Assembly (NCBI GenBank): GCA_963823035.1
Contig: CAWGKG010000005.1
Location: forward strand, 160,001-224,000
From: an uncultured Gemmatimonadales bacterium
GTDB lineage: Bacteria; Gemmatimonadota; Gemmatimonadetes; Longimicrobiales; Gaopeijiaceae
DNA length: 64,000 nucleotides
Direction: 5' to 3'
Shown piece after piece: positions 50,597-59,415 of this stretch (within the stretch, counting starts at the first letter, position 1; each line of letters begins with the position of its first letter). The notes under the pieces are model-generated. The model did not search any database. It saw nothing but the letters and a program-made list of their open reading frames with translations, and was not told the origin of the DNA. A program made the position numbers and the translations under genes.

Positions 50597-51349
50597 TCAG
50601 GTGGGCTGGTCGGTCGGGCGCAGGAGGATCTCGTTCACGTTCACGTGGGGTGGGCTCGTCAGGGCGAAGACCACGGCGCGCGCGACGTCTTCGGGTTGGA
50701 GCGAGCGGCGCCCCTCCCAGTTGGACTGGAAGGCCTCGCGGCGCCCGGGGTCGGGGATGTGATCGCTGAGCTCCGTGTCCACGACGCCCGGCTGGATGTC
50801 CGTCACGCGGATGCCGTGCGCGGCGGAGAGCTCGAGCTGCAGCCCCCACGAGAGCGAGCGGACCGCGAACTTGGTCGCCGAATAGACCGAGCCCCCCGGG
50901 AAGGGGCGGCGCCCGGCCACGGAGCCGATGTTCACGATGTGCCCCGAGCCCCGGTCGAGCATCGTCGGCAGGACGGCCGCGACCCCGAACAGCACACCCT
51001 TCACGTTCACGTCCACCATCCGCTCCCAGTCGTCCACGCGCAGCGCCTGGACGGGCGACAGCGGCATCACGCCCGCATTGTTCACGAGCGCGTCGATCCG
51101 CCCGAAGCGCTCGAGCGCGAGGGCGGCGAGGGCTTCCACCTCCTGGCGCACGGTCACGTCCGTCACGCAGGCCTCGGCACTCCCCCCGCGTTCGCGGATC
51201 GCGCCCACGACCGCCTCCAGGCGATCCGCGCGGCGAGCTCCGAGCACGACGGCCCATCCCACCTGCGCGAGAGCGGCGGCCACCGCCGCCCCGATTCCGC
51301 TCGAGGCGCCCGTGACGATCGCGACGGACCGATCCGCTTCGACCGACAT
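50597..51349 (-). CDS. SDR family oxidoreductase
   Basis: TGASSGIG, NNAG, YSATK. Confidence 0.95.
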   Translation of the reverse strand: MSVEADRSVAIVTGASSGIGAAVAAALAQVGWAVVLGARRADRLEAVVGAIRERGGSAEACVTDVTVRQEVEALAALALERFGRIDALVNNAGVMPLSPVQALRVDDWERMVDVNVKGVLFGVAAVLPTMLDRGSGHIVNIGSVAGRRPFPGGSVYSATKFAVRSLSWGLQLELSAAHGIRVTDIQPGVVDTELSDHIPDPGRREAFQSNWEGRRSLQPEDVARAVVFALTSPPHVNVNEILLRPTDQPT

Positions 51350-51351
51350 CG

Positions 51352-52645
51352 TCAGCTCGCCACCGCGAGGCCCGCCTGCGACAGGAGGATGAGCAAGGCC
51401 CGCTTGATGCCGAGCGTGCCGTTTTCGTTGAGGAACCACTCGTGCAGGGAGTGGGCACCACCCGCCACACCGCCCCCGCCGATCGTGATGGCGGGAATCC
51501 CCTTCGAGATGGGGATGTTGGCGTCGGTGGAGCTGCGGCCCAGGCGCGGCTGGATGCCGAGCATGCGGGTCACCGCCACGGCGCGCTGAACGATGGGCGC
51601 GTCCTCCGCGACCTCACCCGAGGGGCGGTCGCCGATGAGCACGAGCTCGACGGTGAGTGCGTCCCCGCGGCGACGCTCGGCGTTCTCCTCCTCGACCGCC
51701 CGCTCCACGGACGCATGGAGCGCCGCTGTCGATCCGCTCCAGGCTGGCCGGGCTCTCCGAGCGCATGTCCACGTCCATCCAGGCTTCGAACGGGATGGAA
51801 TTCACGGACGTCCCGCCGCCGATCACGCCGACGTTGTAGCTCGTGCGAGGGCCGGAGCGGGTGAGGGAGTCGCCCACCTCGTCGAAGTAGTGCATGGCGC
51901 GGCCGAGCGCGTGGGCCGGGTTGGCGAGGCCGAACGCGCCCCACGAGTGGCCGCCCGGGCCCCGCACGACGACGTGGTAGCGGTGCGAGCCGAGCCCCTG
52001 GTGGGTGATGCCCTCGTGACCGGTGCCGTCGATGGAGATGAAGCTCTCGATGCGCGGGCCGCCCTCGCCGAAGAGGTGCTTCATGCCGCGCAGGTCGCCC
52101 TGGCCCTCTTCGCCCACGTCGCCGACGAAGAGGATGTCGGCGTCGGTGCGCACGTCGGCGGCGTTCATCGCCCGTACCAGGGCGAGCACGGTGGCCAGTC
52201 CCCGCGTATCGTCACCAACCCCCGGCGCGTACAGCGTGTCACCCTTCATCTGCAGGGTTACGTCCGTTCCCTCCGGGAAGACGGTGTCGAGGTGTCCGGC
52301 GATGGCGACCGTCTCCCCCGAGCCCGTGCCCCGGCGCAACCCGATCACGTTGCCGACCTCGTCCACCCACGCCGTGTCGACGCCGGCCTCGCGCAGGAGC
52401 GCGAGGAAGCGGCGACCGCGCACCTCCTCTCCGTAGGGAGGAGCCGGGATCTGCGTGAGCTCCCGCAGGTCCGCCATCGTGCGCGTGTCGGACTCGTCGA
52501 TCGCGTTCATGGCCCGCTCGACGGAGGGGTGCGCGGCGAGGCGCTTCGCCGCCTCGTCGTAGGTCGCGTTCTGGGCGAGGAGACCTCCCGCGGGGGCGAG
52601 GAGCAGGCCGAGTGCGAGGGCGGTCGGGCGAACGGTCGGGCGCAT
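51352..52645 (-). CDS. Secreted M20/M25/M40 metallohydrolase (frameshift near 51720)
   Basis: GHLDTVF, GDD, GEEG.GDL, GGHSW, GGTSVNSIP, then SSTDAN and AHSLHEW in the shifted frame. Confidence 0.9.
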
Positions 52646-52926
52646 GGGATCTCCACCCTGAGGGCGTGTTCCGGGTCGATGGACTCGCGTTCCCGTCGGC
52701 GGCACGGGCCGCTCGGGGTGGCACCGTCCGCCGCGGAGGAACGCGGGGGGAGGAGCGACGGTAATCGGGGGCCGGCGCCCGGACAATGCCCTCACCGTTC
52801 GTGTGGCCTCAGGTGGTTGATTTTTCGCCGATCTTCCGTGAAGGTTCGTGGCTTTGTACCAACCCGCGGGGCCCCGTGACCGGGGCACCCACCCGGACCC
52901 CGACACGCTTGAGCCGCCCCGCATCC

Positions 52927-53725
52927 ATGGCCCTGTCACTGCCCCGACCCGCTGGCGCGTTGGTTCGCGGGCCTGGGGCGGCGCGCCGAGGACACGCTCA
53001 GGCACGCCGGGGCGATGGGATCGCTCTCCTGGCAGATCCTGCTGAGCATCGTGCGGCTGCAGGTCTCCTTCCGGGAGGTGGTCCAGCAGCTCTACATGAT
53101 GGGCATCCAGAGCCTGCCCATCGTGCTCGTCACGGGGTCGTTGGCCGGGATCGTGACCAGCCAGCAGGGCGGGTACCAGTTCACGGGGTCCGTGCCGCTC
53201 TACGTGCTCGGCAGCCTGGTGGTCGAGACCGTCGTGTTGGAGATGGGTCCCGTGCTCACCGCCATCGTCCTGGTCGGCCGCGTCGGAGCCCGCATCACGG
53301 CAGAGCTCGGCACGATGGTGGTCTCGGAGCAGATCGACGCCTACCACTCGCTGGGGCGCGACCCCATCGCGCTGCTGGCGGCCCCGAGGGTGCTCGCGGG
53401 CATCATCGTCATGCCGCTCCTGGTCGGCTTCGCCGATCTGATCGGCATCGTCGCCGGACAGATCGCCGCCAACTGGCAGGTGGGGCTGAGCTACGAGTCC
53501 TTCTACTACGGCGCGCGCCTGTTCTGGCACTCGTGGGACCTGCTGTACTCCTTGACGAAGGCGCTCGTCTTCGGCCTGGCGATCCCCCTCATCTCGGTGC
53601 ACATGGGACTCCATACCAAGGGGGGCGCGGAGGGGGTGGGGCGGACCACGACCCAGGCCGTGATGTTCATGACGCTGACGATCCTGATCCTGGACGCTCT
53701 CTTCCCGCCACTGATGCTGCAATGA
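52927..53725 (+). CDS. mlaE: MlaE family ABC permease (extra C at 52942-52945)
   Basis: EMGPVLTA, AELGTM.VSEQIDA, GGAEGVGRTTT. Removing one C joins MALSLP to DPLARWFAGLG. Confidence 0.92.
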
Positions 53726-53738
53726 GGGGGAGGACGCG

Positions 53739-54512
53739 ATGATCCGGTACCGGAACGTGCACAAGGCGTTCGACGCCCCGGTGCTCTCGGGCGTGGACAT
53801 GGAGGTCGAGACGGGGGAGATGTTCGCCCTCTTCGGACCCTCCGGCACGGGCAAGAGCGTCCTCCTGAAGACGACGATCGCGCTCATCCGTCCCGACCGC
53901 GGAGACGTCGAAGTGAACGGCGAATCGGTGTTCTTCGGAGGGAGGAGCGCCTTGGACGCCGTTCTCCACGACGTGGGGTACGTGTTCCAGAACGCGGCGC
54001 TCTTCGACTCGCTCAACGTGTTCGACAACGTCGAGATGGGGATCCCGGAGGATCGCCTCAAGGCGATGCGACGTCCCGAGACGGCGATCGCGGTCTGGCG
54101 CGCGCTCGAGCTCGTGAACCTCGATCCTCACGAAGTGCTGGAGAAGCTCCCCTCCGAGCTGTCGGGAGGAATGAAGAAGCGCGTGGGGATCGCTCGCGCG
54201 ATCGTGGGCAAGCCGAGCGTGCTGCTGTGGGACGAGCCCACGACAGGGCTCGACCCGATCAACACGGCAGCGGTGGAGCGGCTGATCACGCGCCTGTCGC
54301 ACGACCTGGAGGTGACCTCGCTCCTCGTGACGCACGACGTGGAGGGCGGTCTGGACATCTGCCACCGCGTGGCCATGCTCGACTCCGGCCGGATCCGTTT
54401 CTGCGGTACGCCGACCGAGTTCCGGAAGTCGAACGACCACGTCGTTCAGGCGTTCATCGACCGCGCGGCCGCCGAGGCGGCACTCGACATGGTTTCGGAG
54501 ACCTATGACTGA
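53739..54512 (+). CDS. mlaF: MlaF-like ABC ATPase
   Basis: GPSGTGKS, LSGGMKKRV, DEPTTGLDP, VTHD. Confidence 0.92.
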   Translation: MIRYRNVHKAFDAPVLSGVDMEVETGEMFALFGPSGTGKSVLLKTTIALIRPDRGDVEVNGESVFFGGRSALDAVLHDVGYVFQNAALFDSLNVFDNVEMGIPEDRLKAMRRPETAIAVWRALELVNLDPHEVLEKLPSELSGGMKKRVGIARAIVGKPSVLLWDEPTTGLDPINTAAVERLITRLSHDLEVTSLLVTHDVEGGLDICHRVAMLDSGRIRFCGTPTEFRKSNDHVVQAFIDRAAAEAALDMVSETYD

Positions 54513-55455
54513 CATGCCGAAGGGGGAGCGGCGCCGTCGCCCCACCGACGAGGAGATCCTGAAGGCCGTGCCTGCGATCGCGGGGGGCCGCGAGGTGCGC
54601 GTGGGCATCTTCGTCCTGCTCGGGTTGCTCTCGGTCGTGGTGGCCCTCTTCCTGCTCACCGATCCCGCGACGCTGCGTGGCCGATACATGCTGGTGACCC
54701 TGGTGGACAACGCCGGCGGCGTTCGCCGCGGCGACCCGATCCAGATGCGCGGTGTGAACGTCGGGCGCGTCCACGGCTTCGAGATGCAGCCCGACGAGCG
54801 CGTGGCGATCACGATGGAGATGGATGGTGAGTGGAAGATCCCCGCCGACTCCCGCACCGTGATGGGGGCAAGCGGGATCTTCGGTGGACGCACCCTGGAG
54901 ATCGAGCCGGGCTCGTCGCGGGAGGCGCTCCAGTCGGGGGATACGCTCCCCGGTGGCGTGGGCGCCAGCTCGGGACTCCTCGGCAACGTGGACGAGCTGG
55001 GCGACAAGGCGAACAGCGTGCTCGGTCGCATCCAGACGCTGCTCGACAGCGGAACGGTGTCCTCCGTCCAGACGAGTGCGACCGAGCTGGAGTCCCTGCT
55101 GGGCCAGCTCTCGACCATGACGCGGGAACAGCGCACCACGCTCTCGCGCCTGACGCAGAGCATGGCCAGCACGGCCGAGGAGATGGAGGGGGCCGGCCCG
55201 GATGCCCGCAGGGCGATCGCGCGCGCCGACTCGGCCATGGCGGTGCTCTCGGAGACGGGCGCCTCCCTGGACCGCGCCGCCGCGTCGTTGCGCACGCTCC
55301 TGGACCGCATCGAGCGCGGTGAGGGCACGCTCGGACGGCTCTCCTCCGACGACGCCCTCTACGTGAACATGAACCGCGCCGCGGAGAGCATCGCGGCGCT
55401 GGTCGACGACATCCGCGCGAATCCGAGCCGGTACATCAACCTCAGCATCTTCTGA
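54505..55455 (+). CDS. mlaD: MlaD/MCE family protein
   Basis: EVRVGIFV TM, GV.VGRV MCE domain, helical tail GEGTLGRL...NPSRY. Confidence 0.9.
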   Translation: MTDMPKGERRRRPTDEEILKAVPAIAGGREVRVGIFVLLGLLSVVVALFLLTDPATLRGRYMLVTLVDNAGGVRRGDPIQMRGVNVGRVHGFEMQPDERVAITMEMDGEWKIPADSRTVMGASGIFGGRTLEIEPGSSREALQSGDTLPGGVGASSGLLGNVDELGDKANSVLGRIQTLLDSGTVSSVQTSATELESLLGQLSTMTREQRTTLSRLTQSMASTAEEMEGAGPDARRAIARADSAMAVLSETGASLDRAAASLRTLLDRIERGEGTLGRLSSDDALYVNMNRAAESIAALVDDIRANPSRYINLSIF

Positions 55456-55591
55456 GGTCCTCGCGGGCGGCCTGGCGGTCCGGGCTGCTTGGCGAGGGGT
55501 GTCCTCCCTCGGGGACGGGGGTGTACCGTCCCTGGGACCCTCGATCCGGCGCACGTGTAGCAAACACAGGGCTTCTCGGCGTGTCGGCGCC

Positions 55592-55606
55592 TGGCATGGC
55601 CTTTGC
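55592..55606 (+). promoter_or_regulatory. Sigma54 -24/-12 promoter
   Basis: TGGCAT-GGCCT-TTGC with canonical spacing, 63 nt before the ATG at 55670. Confidence 0.65.
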
Positions 55607-55669
55607 CACATCAGGTGAGGCGGAAGGTCGCCGCGCCTCGCGGCGCCTGCGATCCCGGAGGTCGAACGG

Positions 55670-56437
55670 ATGCACAGAATTCTTCGAGCGCCCCTGCGTA
55701 CCGCGCTGGTCGCGGTAGCCCTCGGCGCCCTCGCGCTCCCCTCCTCGGGAGCAGCTCAACAACGGGAGCACGACTTCCTCTTCCGCACGCCCCGGGCGAC
55801 CCTGGGGCTGCGCGTCGGATACGCCCGCCCGACAGCGTCGAGCGAGATCTTCGACTTCAACAGCCAGCAGCTCACGATCGACCAGAGCGACTACGCCTCG
55901 GCCACGTGGGGCGGTGAGCTGGCGGTGCGGGTCACGCCACGCGTGGACGTGGCGATCGACGCCGGCTACGCGAAGTCGCGTACGCTCTCGGAGATGCGCG
56001 ACTATGTGGACAACAACGACCTGCCGATCCAGCAGACCACGGAATTCCGCAGGGTCCCGATCACGGCTGGCCTCAAGTTCTACCTCACCGACCGCGGGCG
56101 CTCCCTCGGGCGCTTCGCGTGGATCCCGCGTGCCTGGGCGCCCTTCGTCGGGGCCGGCGCCGGGTGGGTCTGGTACAGCTTCACGCAGAACGGCGACTTC
56201 GTGGATTTCAACACGGACAATCTCGAGATCTACACGGATCGCTACATTTCGGAGGGTCATACCCCCACGATGCACGTCTTCGGCGGGGCCGACTTGTCGC
56301 TCTCCCCGACCTTCTTCCTCACCGCCGAAGGGCGGTACTCGTGGGCGAAGGCCGACATGAGCCAGGACTTCGTGGGCTTCGATCGCATGGACCTGTCGGG
56401 CTTCCAGGCCACGGCGGGCATCTCGGTCCGGTTCTGA
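55670..56437 (+). CDS. Outer membrane beta-barrel protein (8-strand OmpA/OmpW-like)
   Basis: Signal peptide, PFVGAGAG, EGRYSWA, C-terminal AGISVRF. Confidence 0.85.
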   Translation: MHRILRAPLRTALVAVALGALALPSSGAAQQREHDFLFRTPRATLGLRVGYARPTASSEIFDFNSQQLTIDQSDYASATWGGELAVRVTPRVDVAIDAGYAKSRTLSEMRDYVDNNDLPIQQTTEFRRVPITAGLKFYLTDRGRSLGRFAWIPRAWAPFVGAGAGWVWYSFTQNGDFVDFNTDNLEIYTDRYISEGHTPTMHVFGGADLSLSPTFFLTAEGRYSWAKADMSQDFVGFDRMDLSGFQATAGISVRF

Positions 56438-56454
56438 CCGGAAAGGAAACGACC

Positions 56455-57657
56455 ATGGCGAATCATCGATTCAACGGACTGCACGCCGCGGCGGTGGCGC
56501 TGGCACTGGCGCTCGCCCCCGGCCTCGCGTCGGCGCAGAAGACGGATGCGCGCCTGCTTCCCTGGCTGGGCTGCTGGGAGCCCGCCAACGGGGCCGACGC
56601 CGGCGACCTGCTGTGCGTTCGCCCGGCGACCCAGGATGCGGCCGTCGAGGTCGTCCGTCTCGCCGGCAGCGAGATCGTGTCGCGCGAGCTGGTCTGGGCG
56701 GACGGCGCACGCCACGAGACCGAGCGCGCCGACTGCACCGGCTGGGAGGAGGGGACGTTCTCGAAGGACGGCCGCAGGCTGTTCCTGAGCTCCGAGCACA
56801 CCTGCGCGTCCTCCACCGAGCAGGGCGGGGGGATCATGGCGATCGCATCGCCGAACGAGTGGCTCGACATCCGCGTCGCCGGGCAGGACGACGACGTGAT
56901 GGCGTGGGTGCAGCGCTACCAGCTCGCGAGCGCCGAGAAGACCGAGGCCGCCGGCTTCGGCGACGTCCTCGACGACCTATGGAGCGCGCGCACGGCGCGC
57001 ATGGTGGCCTCGGCGCCCCTCGACGTGGACGACGTGATCGAAGCGAACGAGCAGGTGCCGCACCAGGCGGTCGAAGCGCTGCTGGCCGAGCGGGGCGATC
57101 AGCTCGCCCTCAGCTCGGACGAGCTCCTGCGCATGACCGACGCCGGCGTTCCCGCAAGCACGATCGACGTGGCCGTGGCGGTGAGCTATCCGGAGACCTT
57201 CCAGGTCGCGCAGGGTGATCGTCCGGAGCGCGCGGCGGTCGACGAGGGCGTCCTCAATGGACGTTCGGGGCGGCGCGGGTACGGCTCCTACGACCCGTTC
57301 TTCTACGACCCGTTCTACCGCTACGGGTACGGGTACGGGTATGGCTACGGCGGGTATGGTTACGGCGGGTACGGCTACGGTGGGTACGGTTACGGCGGGT
57401 ACGGCTACGTGCCGACCGTGGTGGTCGTCGATCGTCAGCCCACGCAGCACGGGCGCGTGGTGAACGGCCGCGGCTACACCCGCGGAGGCAGCGGAAGCTC
57501 CACGGGCGGCGCGTCGCGCACCTACGTACCGTCCGGTGGCCGCCCGGCGGCCGCGCCGCGGAGCGGTGGCTCCACCAGCGGCGGAACGGCCGCGCGTTCC
57601 GGGGGTTCTAGCGGATCCACCCGGACCGCCAAGCCGAGGGGTGGACGCGGGGGCTGA
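56455..57657 (+). CDS. Secreted hypothetical protein with GY-rich and G/S/R-rich tail
   Basis: Signal peptide ending ASA-Q; four Cys (WLGCW, LLCV, ADC, HTC); low-complexity C-terminus. Confidence 0.8.
   Translation: MANHRFNGLHAAAVALALALAPGLASAQKTDARLLPWLGCWEPANGADAGDLLCVRPATQDAAVEVVRLAGSEIVSRELVWADGARHETERADCTGWEEGTFSKDGRRLFLSSEHTCASSTEQGGGIMAIASPNEWLDIRVAGQDDDVMAWVQRYQLASAEKTEAAGFGDVLDDLWSARTARMVASAPLDVDDVIEANEQVPHQAVEALLAERGDQLALSSDELLRMTDAGVPASTIDVAVAVSYPETFQVAQGDRPERAAVDEGVLNGRSGRRGYGSYDPFFYDPFYRYGYGYGYGYGGYGYGGYGYGGYGYGGYGYVPTVVVVDRQPTQHGRVVNGRGYTRGGSGSSTGGASRTYVPSGGRPAAAPRSGGSTSGGTAARSGGSSGSTRTAKPRGGRGG
57322..57408 (+). repeat. Coding tandem repeat (YG)4 then (YGGYG)n
   Basis: 29 codons YGYGYGYGYGGYGYGGYGYGGYGYGGYGY; 15-nt unit with synonymous variation. 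Confidence 0.9.
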
Positions 57658-57687
57658 GCTTCACGGCGCCATGGTCGGCCGAAGCAA

Positions 57688-57723
57688 AGCGGCCCCGGGA
57701 CCCTGGACTCTCCCGGGGCCGCT
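57688..57723 (+). terminator. Hairpin after the GY-rich gene
   Basis: agcggccccggga ... tcccggggccgct. Confidence 0.6.
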
Positions 57724-57795
57724 CTTCATCCGGCGACCCGAGCGTGTCGCCGCGGCAGCGGTGTGGCGTAAACTCTCACCACCGGAGGAATCACG

Positions 57796-58194
57796 ATGCG
57801 AAGCCTAGTCCGGCTCTTCCTCGTCGGGGCGGCCCTTGCGTGGGCCGGCTCCCTCAGCAATCTGGCCGCGCAGGAGCAGGAGAAGGGACCAGAAACGGTC
57901 GTTCTCTCCGGAGCCGCCCTGGGCTCCGTGACGTTCAAGCACGCGGCTCACCAGGAGCTGACCGAGTGCGCCACGTGCCATCACGCGTCGCGCCCGGAGA
58001 AGCCGTTGAGCGCGGAGCACGAGGCGTGCTCGAAGTGCCACACCAATCCTCCCGTTGCACCGATGACCACGAGCATCCGTGACGCGTTCCACAACCAGAC
58101 CGCGAAGGCGGGCGTTTGTGTGGAGTGCCACGTCAAGGAGGCCGCGGCGGGCAAGGCGGCGCCGGCGAAGTGCGGCGACTGCCATAAGAAGTAG
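57796..58194 (+). CDS. Periplasmic tetraheme cytochrome c3 family protein
   Basis: Signal peptide; V.F.H..H; CATCHH, CSKCH, CVECH, CGDCH. Confidence 0.92.
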   Translation: MRSLVRLFLVGAALAWAGSLSNLAAQEQEKGPETVVLSGAALGSVTFKHAAHQELTECATCHHASRPEKPLSAEHEACSKCHTNPPVAPMTTSIRDAFHNQTAKAGVCVECHVKEAAAGKAAPAKCGDCHKK

Positions 58195-58261
58195 AGCACG
58201 TAGCGGTACCCGGGTCCGCCGGGCTCGGTGGTGCGTGGGGACGCCCAGCCGGCCCCCGCCG

Positions 58262-59238
58262 TCAGTCGCTGCCGGAGTGGCACTCCGTGCAGTCGACCTC
58301 CTTCCACGCGCCTCCGATGTCGACCGGATGCCGGAACTCGAGGCCCTGCGGGGAGATCGTCTCCGACTCCGGCCCGTGGCCCTGCCCAATGAGGATGTGG
58401 CAGGCATCTTCTGCTGATACACGCGCTGCAGCTCGGCGATCGCCTGGCGCACGGCGGCGCTGTCGGCCTCGTCGCGGAACGCGCGGCCACCTTCGCGACC
58501 CTCCCTGCGCCGAGTCCACCTGCGCCGGGGTGAGCGGCGCGTCCGCCGATTGATAGACGGTCGCCTTGCCGGCCTGCTGTCCCAGTGACACTGCTCACAG
58601 GTCTGCTGCGCCGGCCGCAGGTTCTTCACCGGGGTCGGGATCGGTTTCGGGTACTTGTTGAAGAGCGTCGCGTACACCTGCCAGGTGCCGGAGAGTTTCG
58701 ACTTCACGAACCAGCTCGTGCCGGGACCGATGTGGCACTGGACGCAGGCGACGCGCGCGTGGGGGGAGAATTCGTAGGCTGTGTACTCCGGCCTCATCAC
58801 GGTATGGCAGGTCCGACCGCAGAACGACACCGACTCGGTGAAGGTGTAGGTCCGGAAGCTCCCGATCGCCGTGACGAGGAGGAAGACGAAGACCGCCACG
58901 CTCCACACCACGAACGCCCGCCGATGGCGCGGATCGCCGAAGTCGATGCATAGGCGCTGCGATGCCTCGCCGGGAGCGAGCCGACGCCGCCGGCGCCGCT
59001 CCACCACCACCCCCAACGCGACCAGCGCGAGGCCCCCGACCAGGAACGCCGGGGCCACGAGGTAGGTCAGGATGCCGACGTAGGGATTGCCGAACCCGCG
59101 CGCGGCGTCGATCGCGATCAGCGTCAGCGCTGCGAAGAAGCTGCTCGCCGCGAGGATGATGCCGAACGTGCTGATCCAGTTGTGGATCAGGCGGGCCGGG
59201 TGCGCCGACGGGTCGCTTTCACGAGCCGGTCGGTCCAT
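58262..59238 (-). pseudogene. NapC/NirT-type membrane multiheme cytochrome with internal deletions
   Basis: Three TM helices, then CGRTCH, CVQCH and CEQCH, followed by short out-of-frame pieces ending FRHPVDIGGAWKEVDCTECH*. Confidence 0.75.
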
Positions 59239-59341
59239 GGTTTCCTCCCTTGGCCCTCAACATCGCCCGCGACGAGCGCGCTCGCCACCCCGCGGGCTCC
59301 ACGCCGTGCCCCGCTCCCGGTCGGCCACGCACCACGCAAGA

Positions 59342-59373
59342 AGGGCCCGGCCTCTCTTCCGAGGCCGGGCCCT
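59342..59373 (-). terminator. Hairpin after the Omp85-family gene
   Basis: agggcccggcctc ... gaggccgggccct. Confidence 0.65.
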
Positions 59374-59415
59374 CTCCAGCATCGCCGACGCGCGGCGCCT
59401 ACACCTTGCGCCCTC

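Noticed and set aside
47751..51470. 1239-aa minus-strand ORF, and similar long ORFs at 9412-11580, 22954-25344, 28004-30442, 31251-34079 and 60400-63303
   Set aside because: Antisense or alternate-frame shadows of well-supported genes.
57322..57408. Possible CRISPR or non-coding repeat
   Set aside because: No spacers; it is an in-frame Gly/Tyr coding repeat.
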